Source: Auanema rhodensis (Eukaryota > Animalia > Nematoda). From it: a DNA stretch of 64,000 nt. The position numbers and the translations under genes are program-made. The stretch is from contig OZ059895.1 of assembly GCA_964057225.1 (NCBI GenBank), positions 18,786,001 through 18,850,000 on the forward strand, written 5' to 3'. This document shows positions 25,144-37,307 of this stretch, piece after piece (position 1 is the first letter of the stretch; the number at the start of each line of letters is the position of its first letter). The notes below the pieces were generated by a model. It ran no database searches and was not told the DNA's origin. It saw nothing but the letters and a program-made list of their open reading frames with translations.

Positions 25144-28001
25144 ATGCTTCGTTGGTCATCTGTACGAAGGAAACAGCGCGCTTTTTCAGGTATTGTAATT
25201 TTCTTTATGAGTTTTTGTTGATTTTTTTTTCTATTCCAAACTATTGATTTGAACAGCATTTCCAATATAAAATGTTATAAAATTCTATTTTATTCCTTTT
25301 ATTATGTTTTGTATCTTAATCGCTTCTTTCTTTATAGTTTTATCTTAAGCATGTAACTCTTCCTAAATTCGTAAAGAGAAAACTCTTCGAAGTAGACAGT
25401 TAGATTAGATCAAAATCAAAAGATTTAACTTTGTGAATATAAAAGAATTACTAATACTTATATAGTACACAGTATACTTATGATAAAAAAAATTTCTTTC
25501 CCTCTGTGTCTAACTCGCCTCTTTCTCTCTCCTTATTCTCTTTCTATGCTTATCTCACAGTCGACTTGAAATAATCTCAAGAATTAATATATGTATATGC
25601 GTAAAAAGCTGACAAAATTATTTTATTTCAACGATTAAAAAGCGGAAATAGAGTTATGTCATTGAGTACATGTATAAATATTTATATATTTATTAGTTTA
25701 AATAGCATATATACCATATCGTTTGAATATGCTATGATATTTCCCAGACACTTAAGGATGGGCTAAGTTGAGAAGTTGAAGATGAATGACTAAGATGGTA
25801 AAATAAGCTTTTAGTTTTGAAATTTAAATTTCTCTTTACTTCTCAAACTTCCGAGTTGAGAAAGACAGTCACATCCGTGTGTTATTCTTAACTATTTACT
25901 CATTCGGCAGCATGTGGCGAAAATTAGTTCATATAGGTAAGATCAGAAGTATAGAATTTCTAAATTTAAAAGTTAAAATTTTTTTGCTTTTGAATATAAT
26001 ATTCCTTCAGCGAAAATATTCTCATTTTCGTTTGTCATTTTACTTTTTTCAATTTCACAGAAACGAAACACTTACGAAGACGAAGAACTCAGAAGGTATC
26101 GCCCCCCCGTTTCCCAGTGACCAATGTCTTTCAATGAAAAATAATAAAACAAAAAGAAAAAACAAGATGAAGCTTTTATAAATGACTACATTTAGCAGCT
26201 TTCTTCACAAAATTTATCTTTTCTTCCGTAAGAATGTTCATTTTCATCTGAAAATATCCGATATTTCCGGTTAAGCGTACTGAAAGCAAAATGATGTTCA
26301 ATGGTAGTTCTGATGAATTTCCTCATTTCCACCCTTTCACTATATCTGATTTTTCTGTCAGAAAAAGCAGACTTTTTTTTTGTTTTCATATCCTTTGCTA
26401 TTACGAAAATGAGAAAAAAAAGCAAGAAAAAGATAAGAGAAAAAGAATTTTTGTTAAGTAAAAGCCTGAACCTGATCCGTTTTTACTAAATTTTTCTACG
26501 ACACCCTCAGAATCTTGTCCAAATCTTGACTGTTTCAACTTGTAAAAAAATTATATAGTCCTTCATCCTTCATAAGTTACAACAAAATCAGAACATAATC
26601 ATTCTGATGAGCTCAAATGAACAATCTAATCATCAGGAGCTATCAGAATAAATCAAATCTATTCTCATTTCTTTCATACCTTTAAACATTCTCATTTCCT
26701 TTCATTCTCAATTTCTCTCTATAAAATTTTTGTTTCCCTCTTCTTTTTTATTTCTAATTTTCTTTATATTAGGAACCTGCCCTCTTATTCTCACTATCCA
26801 TATTTATACTACATGTATCTCACGTGCAACCTCCCCCCCTTTTCCTCTATCCAACATTGGTTCAAGTTCAAGTAGTTCCGAATCTGATAGCTTATAAAAG
26901 AATTATTTTCATTCAATCATATATCTAAAACATGGCAGAAAAATGTATAATCTCTATCCCCTCAGGCACAATTTTCAATGAGGAGAAAACGGTTTCTATT
27001 CTCTTCTAACAAGAGTTTGCTTTTCGTTCAAATGAGAAGCAAATAAGAGATTCCGTAGGCAGTACTAGATAGACATTTCATATTCAACACATACATTTCT
27101 TCAATTTCTTATATTCTAACCTTAGTGCCAATATCTAAAACATTTTTACATAAAAAGAATTTTCTTTTTTTTTCTAGCTAATCTAAATGTTTTAAGTTTT
27201 AAGTTTTATAAAATCATCAAAAGCAACTTTCTTATTTTTTTTTGGAAGAAACTAAACTAAATTGAACATTTTTTCCGAAATTATGTTCATCTCCTAGCCT
27301 AAGTTGTAATTATTGTGTTTAACCTTGTTGTATTTAGTGCAAACCTCACACGGTTTCCTAGTTCCACCCAGTATGGAACCTGGCTATGGAGCTATCTTAG
27401 ATGATGATGGTTCTCCTATCATAGCAGCTCGATCTGCAACATCAAGACGTATGTGAAATATGTTCTAATTCATTATTGACTTCTATCAAAAATAAATAAA
27501 TACTTCAAAAATAGAGAAAAATTATTTTTCCAGGCTTGAAACCGTCCAATAGTGTGGGAGGTGTACCATCAGAGTTTACCACTAAGCCACTGCTATCAGA
27601 AAAACCTAATGAGCTTGCTCTTTCAGAAACTGACAGCATTGAGCATCTTGCAGGTAATAGATATTATAGATATATTTGAAAAATCAATATTTATATTGTT
27701 ATAAATCTGCATCAAATTATAAATTTATACAAAAATAAAGCTCTAAAATTGATTAATATCATCGTGATTATAGGCTTATCTCCAACAAAGGTTGAATCAA
27801 GAGTAGCAGCATTGCGGCGAAGATCTTCTGTCGTACGTGATCGTTGGGCAACCAAAATGGAATTTCTCTTAGCTGTTATCGGATATGCTGTTGATTTAGG
27901 AAATGTCTGGAGATTTCCATCAGTTTGTTATAAGCATGGAGGAGGTACACTCATATCAGAAATAGTTTCAATGATAGTGAGAGAAAAAGAGAGAGAGAGA
28001 G

Positions 28002-28054
<53 letters not shown>

Positions 28055-30413
28055 GGGAAGTCATAAAAACAAGAAATGAACAGATTCTTGAACTAATTAT
28101 TGTTTCCAGGAGCGTTTTTAATACCATATTTGGTTATGTTACTCATTGGTGGATTGCCAATGTTCTATATGGAATTGGCTTTAGGCCAATATCATCGTTC
28201 AGGTTGTGTAAGTATTTGGAGGAAAATATGTCCTATGTTCAAAGGTTTGATAAATACTTCTGTTATCAATGGGAATTTCTCCTTTTCTATAGGAATAGGA
28301 TATGGTATCTGCTTTATCTGTACGTTCATCGCATGCTTCTATAATGCGATTATAGCTCAAGCTGTATATTTCACATTCAGCTCATTAGCTGTAAGTATTT
28401 CAAGAATTAAATTATTTATTAACTAAACTATTATGAAAAACTTCAAACTTTAGCTTGAAGTACCATGGAAAACATGCAACAATTCATGGAATAGTCCAGA
28501 ATGCTCCAGTGACTTAACAGTAACAATTAACAAAAATGGGACAAAACTTCGCACACCAAGTGAAGAATTTTATAAGTAACCAGATAATAGTATTTTGAAT
28601 AAAACAAGTTCATTAATTCTTAGTAACCGTGTGCTTGAATTACAAAATTCTGGTGGATTTGACGATCTTGGTGGAGTTAAGTTTTCTATGGCAGCTTGTC
28701 TAGCTCTTGTATTTGTCATGGTCTATTTTACTTTATGGAAAGGGCCTAAAAGCTCTGGAAAGGTAAAATATTCAACTATGCTTAAGTAAACTATATTCTT
28801 ATACTATGCTTTAGACTGTTTGGGTAACTGCTACTGCTCCATACGTTGTACTAACTATCCTTTTGATTCGCGGAATTACATTGCCTGGGGCATCAAAAGG
28901 AATTTATTATTACTTAACACCAAATTTTGATAAACTATATGAACCACAAGTAATATTAATATTATATATTTATTATATTTATATATAATATAATAGGTTT
29001 GGTCTGCAGCAGCTACACAGATTTTCTTCTCACTTGGTCCTGGTTTCGGAGTATTACTTGCTCTTAGCAGCTATAATGATTTCCATAATAACTGCTACAG
29101 GTAACAATTTTCTAAGTTTTCTTAGATGTTTTCTAAAACAAAACTTTTCTCTAAATACTTGAGTTTATTATTAATTTCATTAGAATTAATTTATAGGGAT
29201 GCTATTGTAACGACGTCTATCAACTGTTTGACATCTTTCTTCTCCGGATTTGTCATATTTTCAACTCTTGGTTACATGTCTGTATTAACAAACAAGGAAA
29301 TTGATGAGGTTTTAAATTTATTTATTCGTATATTTATTAGTTTTTAATGCTCTAGGTTATTGGAGATCATGATGCTTCATTGATCTTTATTGTCTATCCA
29401 CAAGCATTGGCTACCATGGATTACAGTAGTGCCTGGTCATTCATCTTCTTTGTAATGCTTATTACACTGGGAATTGACAGCACTGTATGTTTATTTATCA
29501 GAAATCAAAAAACTTAAATTGAATTTTCAGTTTGCTGGTATAGAAGCTCTCATAACTGGCTTGTGTGATGAATCCAGATTTTTATCAAAAAATCGAAAGA
29601 GTTTTGTAGCAGTTGTATGTATATTATATTTCTTTGGAAGTTTGCCAGCTATTAGTTATGTAAGTTTAAACTGAATTTCCTTTCTTTTTGAGTTTTTATT
29701 CTTATTTTACAGGGTGGATCATACGTTATTCCGTTCTTAGATGAATATGGAGTTTCTTTATCTGTTCTTTTCATGGTTACTTGTGAAATGATTGCTGTCT
29801 GTTGGTTTTATGGAGTTGATCGATTCTGTATGGATATCAAGTATCAGAATTAATATAAAGTACTTTTCATGAGATTTGAAACACTTGTAGATCTATGCTT
29901 GGTTCATACCCTGGATTGTATTGGAGAGTTTGCTGGACTTTGAGCCCCATATTCATTATGGTTTGTGTCAAATTTGAAGCTCATCCTTCATAGATTTTTT
30001 CAATCTGCAAATCGTGATGTTTCAGGCTATCCTTCTGATCACAATATGGCAAGCATCATTTACACCAATGGAGATAATGGAACGGCAATTTCCTGGGTGG
30101 AGTGTATTTCTTGGATGGTAATTCACAATTTTCATCTTTCTTTCTTTTTTCAAACTTCAACTGTTCAGGTTTTTCCGTTTACTTTCGATATGCAGTGTTC
30201 CTATTGTTGGATTATGCATCTTCTTCAGAACCAAAGGGTCATTTCTTGAGGTATAAGCTGAATCTATTCTTCGATTCAAGGTTTTCAAAATTTCAGCGTC
30301 TTCGAACTATTTCTCGACCGTATCCAAACCATCAACTTTCCATGACAACAGATGCTCAACAGATCATTGACAGCACTCTGCTTGATCCTGTTAATACTTT
30401 AACTCAAGTTTAA
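25144..30413 (+). CDS. mod-5: Sodium-dependent serotonin transporter (SLC6A4/SERT)
   Basis: First exon 25144-25189 [11 protein letters not shown]; [55 protein letters not shown] (TM1 Asp of monoamine transporters); [20 protein letters not shown]; LGIDSTFAGIEA. Confidence 0.93.
27978..28053. repeat. (GA)n microsatellite in a mod-5 intron
   Basis: Read directly. Confidence 0.9.
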
Positions 30414-31117
30414 GATTTTGAAGTCTTTTCGTACATTTTCATTTGTTTACTTATCCACAAATATCGGCATAATATAACTTATAAGCAAGGAAAAAAGAAA
30501 AAGCCTACGAATAATCTCGTAATGATCTCTTCAAAACAAAGAAAAATAATATCTCACTTGATGTACAAATTTAATTTTTTTTTCTGCTTTTATGTTACAT
30601 TACTATTTTCCTTTAATTTAAATTATATATATTATATACACATATAGAGTCAGAAAATGATTCACAAAATGCTTGTAGTTTGTATAAAACGACAAATATT
30701 TTTTTATTCGTTCGACTTCGAGCTTTTTTTTTATTTAATTTTTTAATTTCGCATATTTAGAAACTTGTATAAGCTATTAGGAAATATTATTTTTGTAATA
30801 TTTGGCGTTTAGTTTCGTTTTGTGATTAAATATTACAAAAATTGTTTGTTTTCTTTTTTTTATTCTGAAAATGAGTAGGAGGTTAGATGTTATCTAGTTT
30901 ACATCAGACTTTTTGTCTAAAATATATAATTATCTAAACCCAATTCACATAATAATGATCATTTTTTTTCTTTGGAAATTATAAAACGAATGAAAACATA
31001 TGTTTGAAGCTAAACAAAATCATGTATGTTCATCAAGAACATCTGAATCTAATTCTAACCTTAGTAATTGCTTTCACTTGCTTCCCTTTCTCTATTTATC
31101 TCGTTTTTTGTTCGCCC

Positions 31118-31140
31118 CTCTCTCTCTCTCTCTCTCTCTC
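31118..31140. repeat. (CT)n microsatellite
   Basis: Read directly. Confidence 0.85.
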
Positions 31141-31826
31141 CATCTATTCCCCCCTCCCTTTTTTTTTATCTTAATAAGACCTTTAAACTGCTTTTCTTTG
31201 TTGTATTTTGAGCAAAACGAACAGCCGTTTTTTCAGTTCTTCTGTATCCTCGACAGTGTGAGAGATGAAAACATATTCAAGCAGCTGAAGTCGAAGTGTC
31301 ATTCCGTCCCCAACATCCAAACATAATTGTTCACAAACTTAGAGCTCAAGATAGTCCATACACATTTTAATTTTTACTTCTTTTTTTCTCTTTCTCTTTA
31401 TTGTAAGTTGAGAAATCATGTTCATAATGTAGCATTATGGTTTAGATATTCTTTTTTTGCTACTTTAGACGGCACATCGTATAAAGTTTGACGACAGAAC
31501 AGAGTGGCAAGTAAACAGTCTTCAACTCGCTCTATCTGTATTACTTAAGCTCGGTGGAAATTTTACAGATAATTGCGATATATGAGAGAATGTGAGCGCG
31601 AAAAAAGAAAAGAACGAAAGACGAAATCTAGATTCTCGTCGGAGAGAGACAACTTATCTTTGAACGAGCTAACACATTTAAAATAATGTCACATTACTCT
31701 TCAGTTCAGCCAAGTTCATTATAATATAGTTTTTCTTCTTTTTTTATTTTACAATGCATTTTAATTATTTTACTTCTAAATAAGTTTATTACAAAAAAAA
31801 AGTTTTAAGCTTATAAATGATATAGT

Positions 31827-32656
31827 TTACATTTCACCTTCATCATCATCGGATGAATCACACGTTGGACGGAACATGATGCAAATAGGAGGGCACTATA
31901 ATAAAATATTTTACATTATTATTATATTCTTTAATTTATTTGATTATCTCTATTGTATATTCATTTACCTTGCCTTCTTCCAAATCCAATTTAATGGTGT
32001 CTCTCATGGTATTTACTGAATTAACATCACTAAATCCGTAATACATGACAGAAATGTATTTCTTAGCCATTGTCGAATTCTCAGACATTTCCTTTAAATA
32101 GTATTTTTCAACTCAAATTGTTTCTTCTAAAGCTCACGGTTAGAAGTTGATGATTTCTCCACAGCTTTTCGGGTCGTACCATAGGATCACCATCTACAAC
32201 CGCCATAACAATCGAAAATCTATGTGACGTCTCGTGAATTTGAAAGAAGAAAGAGATATTTACCTATCCTTCAAAGGTGGTGATTGACCTTTCTTTAAGC
32301 CTTTATACATTAATGTTACTACTGCCTGTAAAAAAAATTTTAAAATAGTATTTCAATCACAAATTGAATTCATAAATCCAAAAATTAAATAAAAACTAAC
32401 TGTTTTTCCACTTTGTACTATTCCATATACTGGCCTCATTTTATATAACCCAGGACGTGTTGATTTCATTTTGAATGTTATTGGTCGATCAAATTCATTT
32501 TCCATAATCAAATCAATAGATTGGCGATGTTCGGATGGAGTAAAAAAAACCTTTAAATATAATTATTTATGTATAAATAATTCATTTCTTTTATTATTAT
32601 TGAATTATATATACTTGATCTTGAGGGATACAACGAATATGATTGGTCGCAGCCAT
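31827..32656 (-). CDS. MSP (major sperm protein) domain-containing protein
   Basis: Six small exons, missed by the ORF track, splice to MAATNHIRCIPQDQVFF...ENEFDRPITFKMKSTRPGLYKMRPVYGIV...KDRFSIV...LW. The FK.K.T.P..Y..RP..G and KDRF motifs match the MSP/VAP domain. Confidence 0.8.
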
Positions 32657-32860
32657 TCTCTTAGAAAGATTAATAATAAAATGATTTTCTAGTTTTACGT
32701 GTAATACGTGAACTCTCAAATATTCTAATTTTTCTTTCTAATAGTAAACAACTTTCTTCAACAATGTTATAATATAATTTATATATTTATGTATTTTTAA
32801 TTTTCTTTTTTCAAATATAATTATCAATTTTATGTATAAATTGAAACTTTTAAGATAATT

Positions 32861-33303
32861 ATGTTGGTCCGAAAATGGAGAAGCAAGCCAAACATTGTGA
32901 CCATCAAAGTGACAGTTGCTTGTGGTTTGTTTGAATAAACATTTCGTTCTATGAAAAGTTTCTTTTCTTTAAGTTTCCAATCATAAACCCATTGTCGGAT
33001 TCAGTGAAGATGTGGAGAAAGCATGGAGAAGTTTGCAGAGAAAGCATCAGATCAAAGAGAAAAGACTGTGTGAAAAGGTGTTGATGAAGGTACTATTATT
33101 ATCAATTGACTTTTGAAGTTTCTTGTTTGAATTTCAGAGTTGTTCCTCGGATTTACTAGACGAACAAATAGCCAACACTTCAGTTGAAAAGTTATCTAAA
33201 TCGAGTAAGTTTACAGAGTTTACATATCTCAAAACAAAAATCAAAAAAAGAATTTATTACAGCTAAAAATAGGAAACAAAAAATTAAAAATATATACTCT
33301 TGA
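32861..33303 (+). CDS. Putative small orphan protein (~90 aa), divergent from the MSP-domain gene
   Basis: Four exon-like blocks with phase-compatible GT-AG junctions (...EDVEKAWRSLQRKHQIKEKRLCEKVLMK/SCSSDLLDEQ...). No recognisable domain; first exon ambiguous. Confidence 0.35.
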
Positions 33304-34132
33304 GAAAGATTCGAGAGAAAAGAATCACAATACTGTTCGCTTTACCTATAACAAAAACCTTGTTTATATAAAATCTACCACAAAAACTAACAATAAATTG
33401 CATGTTCAACTATGTAGACATAAATATTTATAAACATATAGATATAATCTTAACCATTCTCTTATATAACTTGATACTTCTTTAACAATAACCTTTTTTG
33501 AGCATCTGTGGATGTGAACTATCACATAATTCGAAGTGATCGTGGCCACTTTCTTTGGAATCGAGCACAAGACACGTTACAAGCTGATCCGTTACGAGTA
33601 AAATTGCAGAGCAAAAGTTGATATAATCATCTACAGTATGCTCACCATTTAACCATCTATATATGCTTTGTGCAACAAATATTCTTGCCGTTTTTAATTT
33701 TTTTTTCAATTTCACAAATAAATTTCTTGGTTATCCACTACTCACTTGTTGCTAGCTTCTATTATCTTCTTCAATTATTCAATCAATTTTCTTTGTATTC
33801 GAGAAAAAAATACTCACAAAATACACAGAAATCTATTAACTATTCAGATATTTTAGTAGTAATTCGCTTATTTTTAATAATATTTTGATGCTCAGTGGTG
33901 ACCGACAGAAAAATAACAAAAAGATGGGAAATACATATCTTGACAAATCTTTTCGGACTAGTTTTACAGAACGTTATATAAATGACTCAAATAAAATGTC
34001 AAAATTTTTCTGAGAAAGAACAAAATCTATAAGTTCTCTTAGAAATTGAAGGAAATCCGTCTATTTTATTTCTTTCGTTTTCAACTTTCAATTGTTTGTT
34101 CATTTTGCACTCATTCGCACCTCACCATCATC

Positions 34133-35076
34133 ATGACTACAGGTAAGATTACGCTCATTTAGAATTACAAAAATTAACATTTGAATGTGTTTTTCATAGT
34201 TTTAACTAATACTTTGGTCTATTAATATGCATTTATTCACTTATTTCAGTTTTTTTTCAACTTTTCAAACTTTGCAATACGTGATTAGATATTAAATTTA
34301 CATTTTTGTATTGAAAAAATATATTTCTTATTCTCTTTTCAGCATCTGATATAGGACGTGTCATGTTAAAATTCCGCGAACTTGAGAAAAATGAAGAAAT
34401 GGGGAAAAGTGATGATGTATACTCGAAAAGCTATGTCCCGAAGAAGTATCTCAAAGGTTCAGCGGAGTACGGCACACCGAAACCAGGCACTTTAACAGAA
34501 AAAAGAGCTCAAAAAGCATGTATGTTTTGATTTTAAAAACTTTATTTTCTTTGTTTTATTATGTTATTTCTCAAAAATGTTAGCATTTTATATGTTTCAG
34601 CCAAGCATATTGCACGGGAAATGTTATATTTATGTGAAGTTATACAAGAATACGGGTACATGTCACGACGAACGGGCAAAATTCAAATCTCTTTTGGAAA
34701 ATTATTTAATGTTTATCAATTCATATCAGATAAGGTTAGATACTTCATTTCTTTTCTAAGTATATTCTACTTCAAAAGAGAACTGCTAGTTCAAACTCCG
34801 ACAATGATAGTGTATGCCCCGTGCTTACTTTATCGCTTGCTATACCGTAATAATGCAAGAGAAAAAAACTAGAAAAATGACCTAAAAAGCTTTCTTTTTT
34901 CTTTGTGAAAACCTAATTTTTTATTTTAGGTTGTAGGAATGTTACTTCGTGCTCGTAAGCACCATATGGTGGATTTTGAAGGAGAAATGTTGTTCCAAAG
35001 GCGAGACGAAGACGTTGTCATAACATTATTATTAAGTTCAGAAGAAGTAAAATATGCGTATAGTGATTTAAAATAA
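34133..35076 (+). CDS. Actin-binding Rho-activating protein (ABRA/STARS)-like, Costars domain
   Basis: YGTPKPGTLTEKRAQKA..HIAREMLYLCEVI...ISFGKLFNVYQFISDKVVGMLLRARKHHMVDFEGEMLFQRRDEDVVITLL. Confidence 0.88.
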
Positions 35077-35603
35077 AGATTTGTTTCTCTTTTGTTACTG
35101 GGTACATGTAAAAGTCAAGCATATTGTGATAAATAGGCTGATATTCTCATGGAAAACTATCATTTTAAAAATTCCTTGGAAAAAACTTTTTAGTTGACCT
35201 TATACTATATATGGCTAACAATCATAATATACAATCAATAGTTCTACTATGTAGATAACCTTGCATCCTATCTAACCCGCAATCTCTTATCTATATTGAC
35301 CTGTCAAATTATAAAGGTTTTTGGCTATTAGGTCCCGCAGCGAATGTTTGCAGTGCGGATGCAAAAATTGTCTACTGTTCTCTCTCAGGCTTGGCTATTT
35401 TCCACAGTCAAGTCTTTTGGTGTCCAATTAGAGTTGTACTTTATATTGGACTTATTTCTCTTTCAGTCTACTTAACTGTAGTGGAGTAAACTGAGCTTAA
35501 CTATTCTTCTTTATGCAAATTAAAAGTTCAAGCTGTCTTTTTCATTCTATATTCCTCATGCATTCTCTTATTCTCTTATTCTCTTATTCTCTTCAGGTAA
35601 ATT

Positions 35604-36556
35604 ATGCGCGGAAAGGCCTTGTTCGCTCTTTTGGGATGCCTTCTCCTTTCTGGAGTTTTCGCTGAAGATGTTGTCGATGGAGAGGTTAACGACGAAACCG
35701 TAAAAGGAGAAGAATTCGAGGGTGTTGGACCATCTCCAGATGCCGCCGTCTCTTTTGTTTTCACACAGCCAGAAGATGCCAACACTGTTAAGGGTACTAG
35801 TTGTTTTTGTCATATTTTTCTTAAATCATATTTCCAGAACTTTATGGAGGAAAATACGTTAAATTCTTGATTGGATTCAGAAACAAGGGAGAGAAGGACT
35901 TCGTCGTAAAGCACTCCGAGACCTCCTTCCGTTATGCTCTTGACTACAACTATTACCTCCAAAACGTAAATATTCTTGTTTATTATTCTCAAATGACTGC
36001 TTACTTTATAGTTCACTGCCGGACAGTACAACCGCCGTGTTGCTCCAAAGGAGGAAGTCACCCTTGACTACGTTTTCTTCGCTCACGATTCTTTCGCTGG
36101 ACGTCCTCTTGGACTTGTTGTCAATGTTCACTATGAAGATGCTGTAAGCGTTTCGTCGAAAGAGATAATTAGTGTACCAAATGCTTTAGGAAGGAAAATA
36201 CTTCATCAACAACGTTTTCAACCAAACCGTCAATGTTCTTGAAGATGACTCTGGATTCAACACCGAGACTGGATTCCTCTACCTTATCTTCGCTGGACTT
36301 GCCGTTGGATTACTTTTGGTCGGACAACATTACTTGAACAAGGTAAAATTCATTTTACAGAATACTTCTAAAGCTTTTTTTTCAGCTCTCCAGAAAGACC
36401 GGTCTCCAGAAGAAACGTCATGTTGTTGAGCAAGGTACCCGCAACAACACCGAAGTTGACTACGAATGGATTCCAAGGGATCTTATCAAGCAAACCGAGA
36501 AGAAGTCACCAAAGCCAGGCTCTCCCAGAGTCCGTAAATCAAAGAAGGCCGAATAA
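35604..36556 (+). CDS. trap-1: Translocon-associated protein alpha (SSR1)
   Basis: Signal peptide, acidic region, SPDA, FLIGFRNKG, SFRYALDYNYYLQNFT, single TM, VDYEWIP, basic tail with SPR. Confidence 0.93.
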
Positions 36557-37307
36557 AGCCTTTCTAGTGCCTTTCCACTATAGCAGGATTATGGGTTAAA
36601 TCTCCTGTTTTAATTGGTGTATAGATTTGATTCTTCGATATTGTACTTTACGTGTTTTTAATAACTCCAAAAACTGCAGGAATTATTACCCTGGCGGATG
36701 GCAGTTATTTAAAGTCGTAGTAATATAATTACCTAATTTATTGTTTCTTTGTTGCACGATGTTGTGTTCTTTTATTTAAAACAAAAAATAAACGTAATTA
36801 AATATAAACTAGTGATGTATTGGTATTGAAATTGACGAGTTTGAAAAATAAAACAGTTTTACCAATATTTGTGCTTGTCAATGCTTCTAGTTTCGGAACT
36901 AAAAAAATTGAGTTTTCTTTTAATTAACGAATAGGAGTAGAAATATAGTTGAAATTACGTAGTGAATTCTCTTTTTGCGCAAACGGGATAGGAAACTGAT
37001 GGTATTCATGACCTCTTATTTTAAAAAACATCAAAAGAAAAAGTTAAAACATTGTTATTCATCGAACTTTATTTTGTCTTGGCTATGCCCGTGGTATAAC
37101 TTACGGATTTCGTTGCTTAAGCATATGTAACTTGAAGGAATTCAAAGTCTTGAAAACCATTTTATTGCGTATTTTGCGTACGAAATTAGGTGAAGCAAAA
37201 CTAAAAAAAAGTATTTATTCCAGACTTGAAATTACGCAAAATTATGAATTTACAATTCATCATTTTTATTTAATGTTTATTAATTGATATACTATGATTA
37301 TTTTTAG

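Noticed and set aside
33482-33715. 77-aa minus-strand ORF with protein-like composition
   Set aside because: No ATG start, no motif and no convincing flanking exons.
16356-36556. SEC63 and TRAP-alpha as a functional translocon cluster
   Set aside because: They are 16 kb apart, on opposite strands and separated by unrelated genes, so chance linkage is sufficient.
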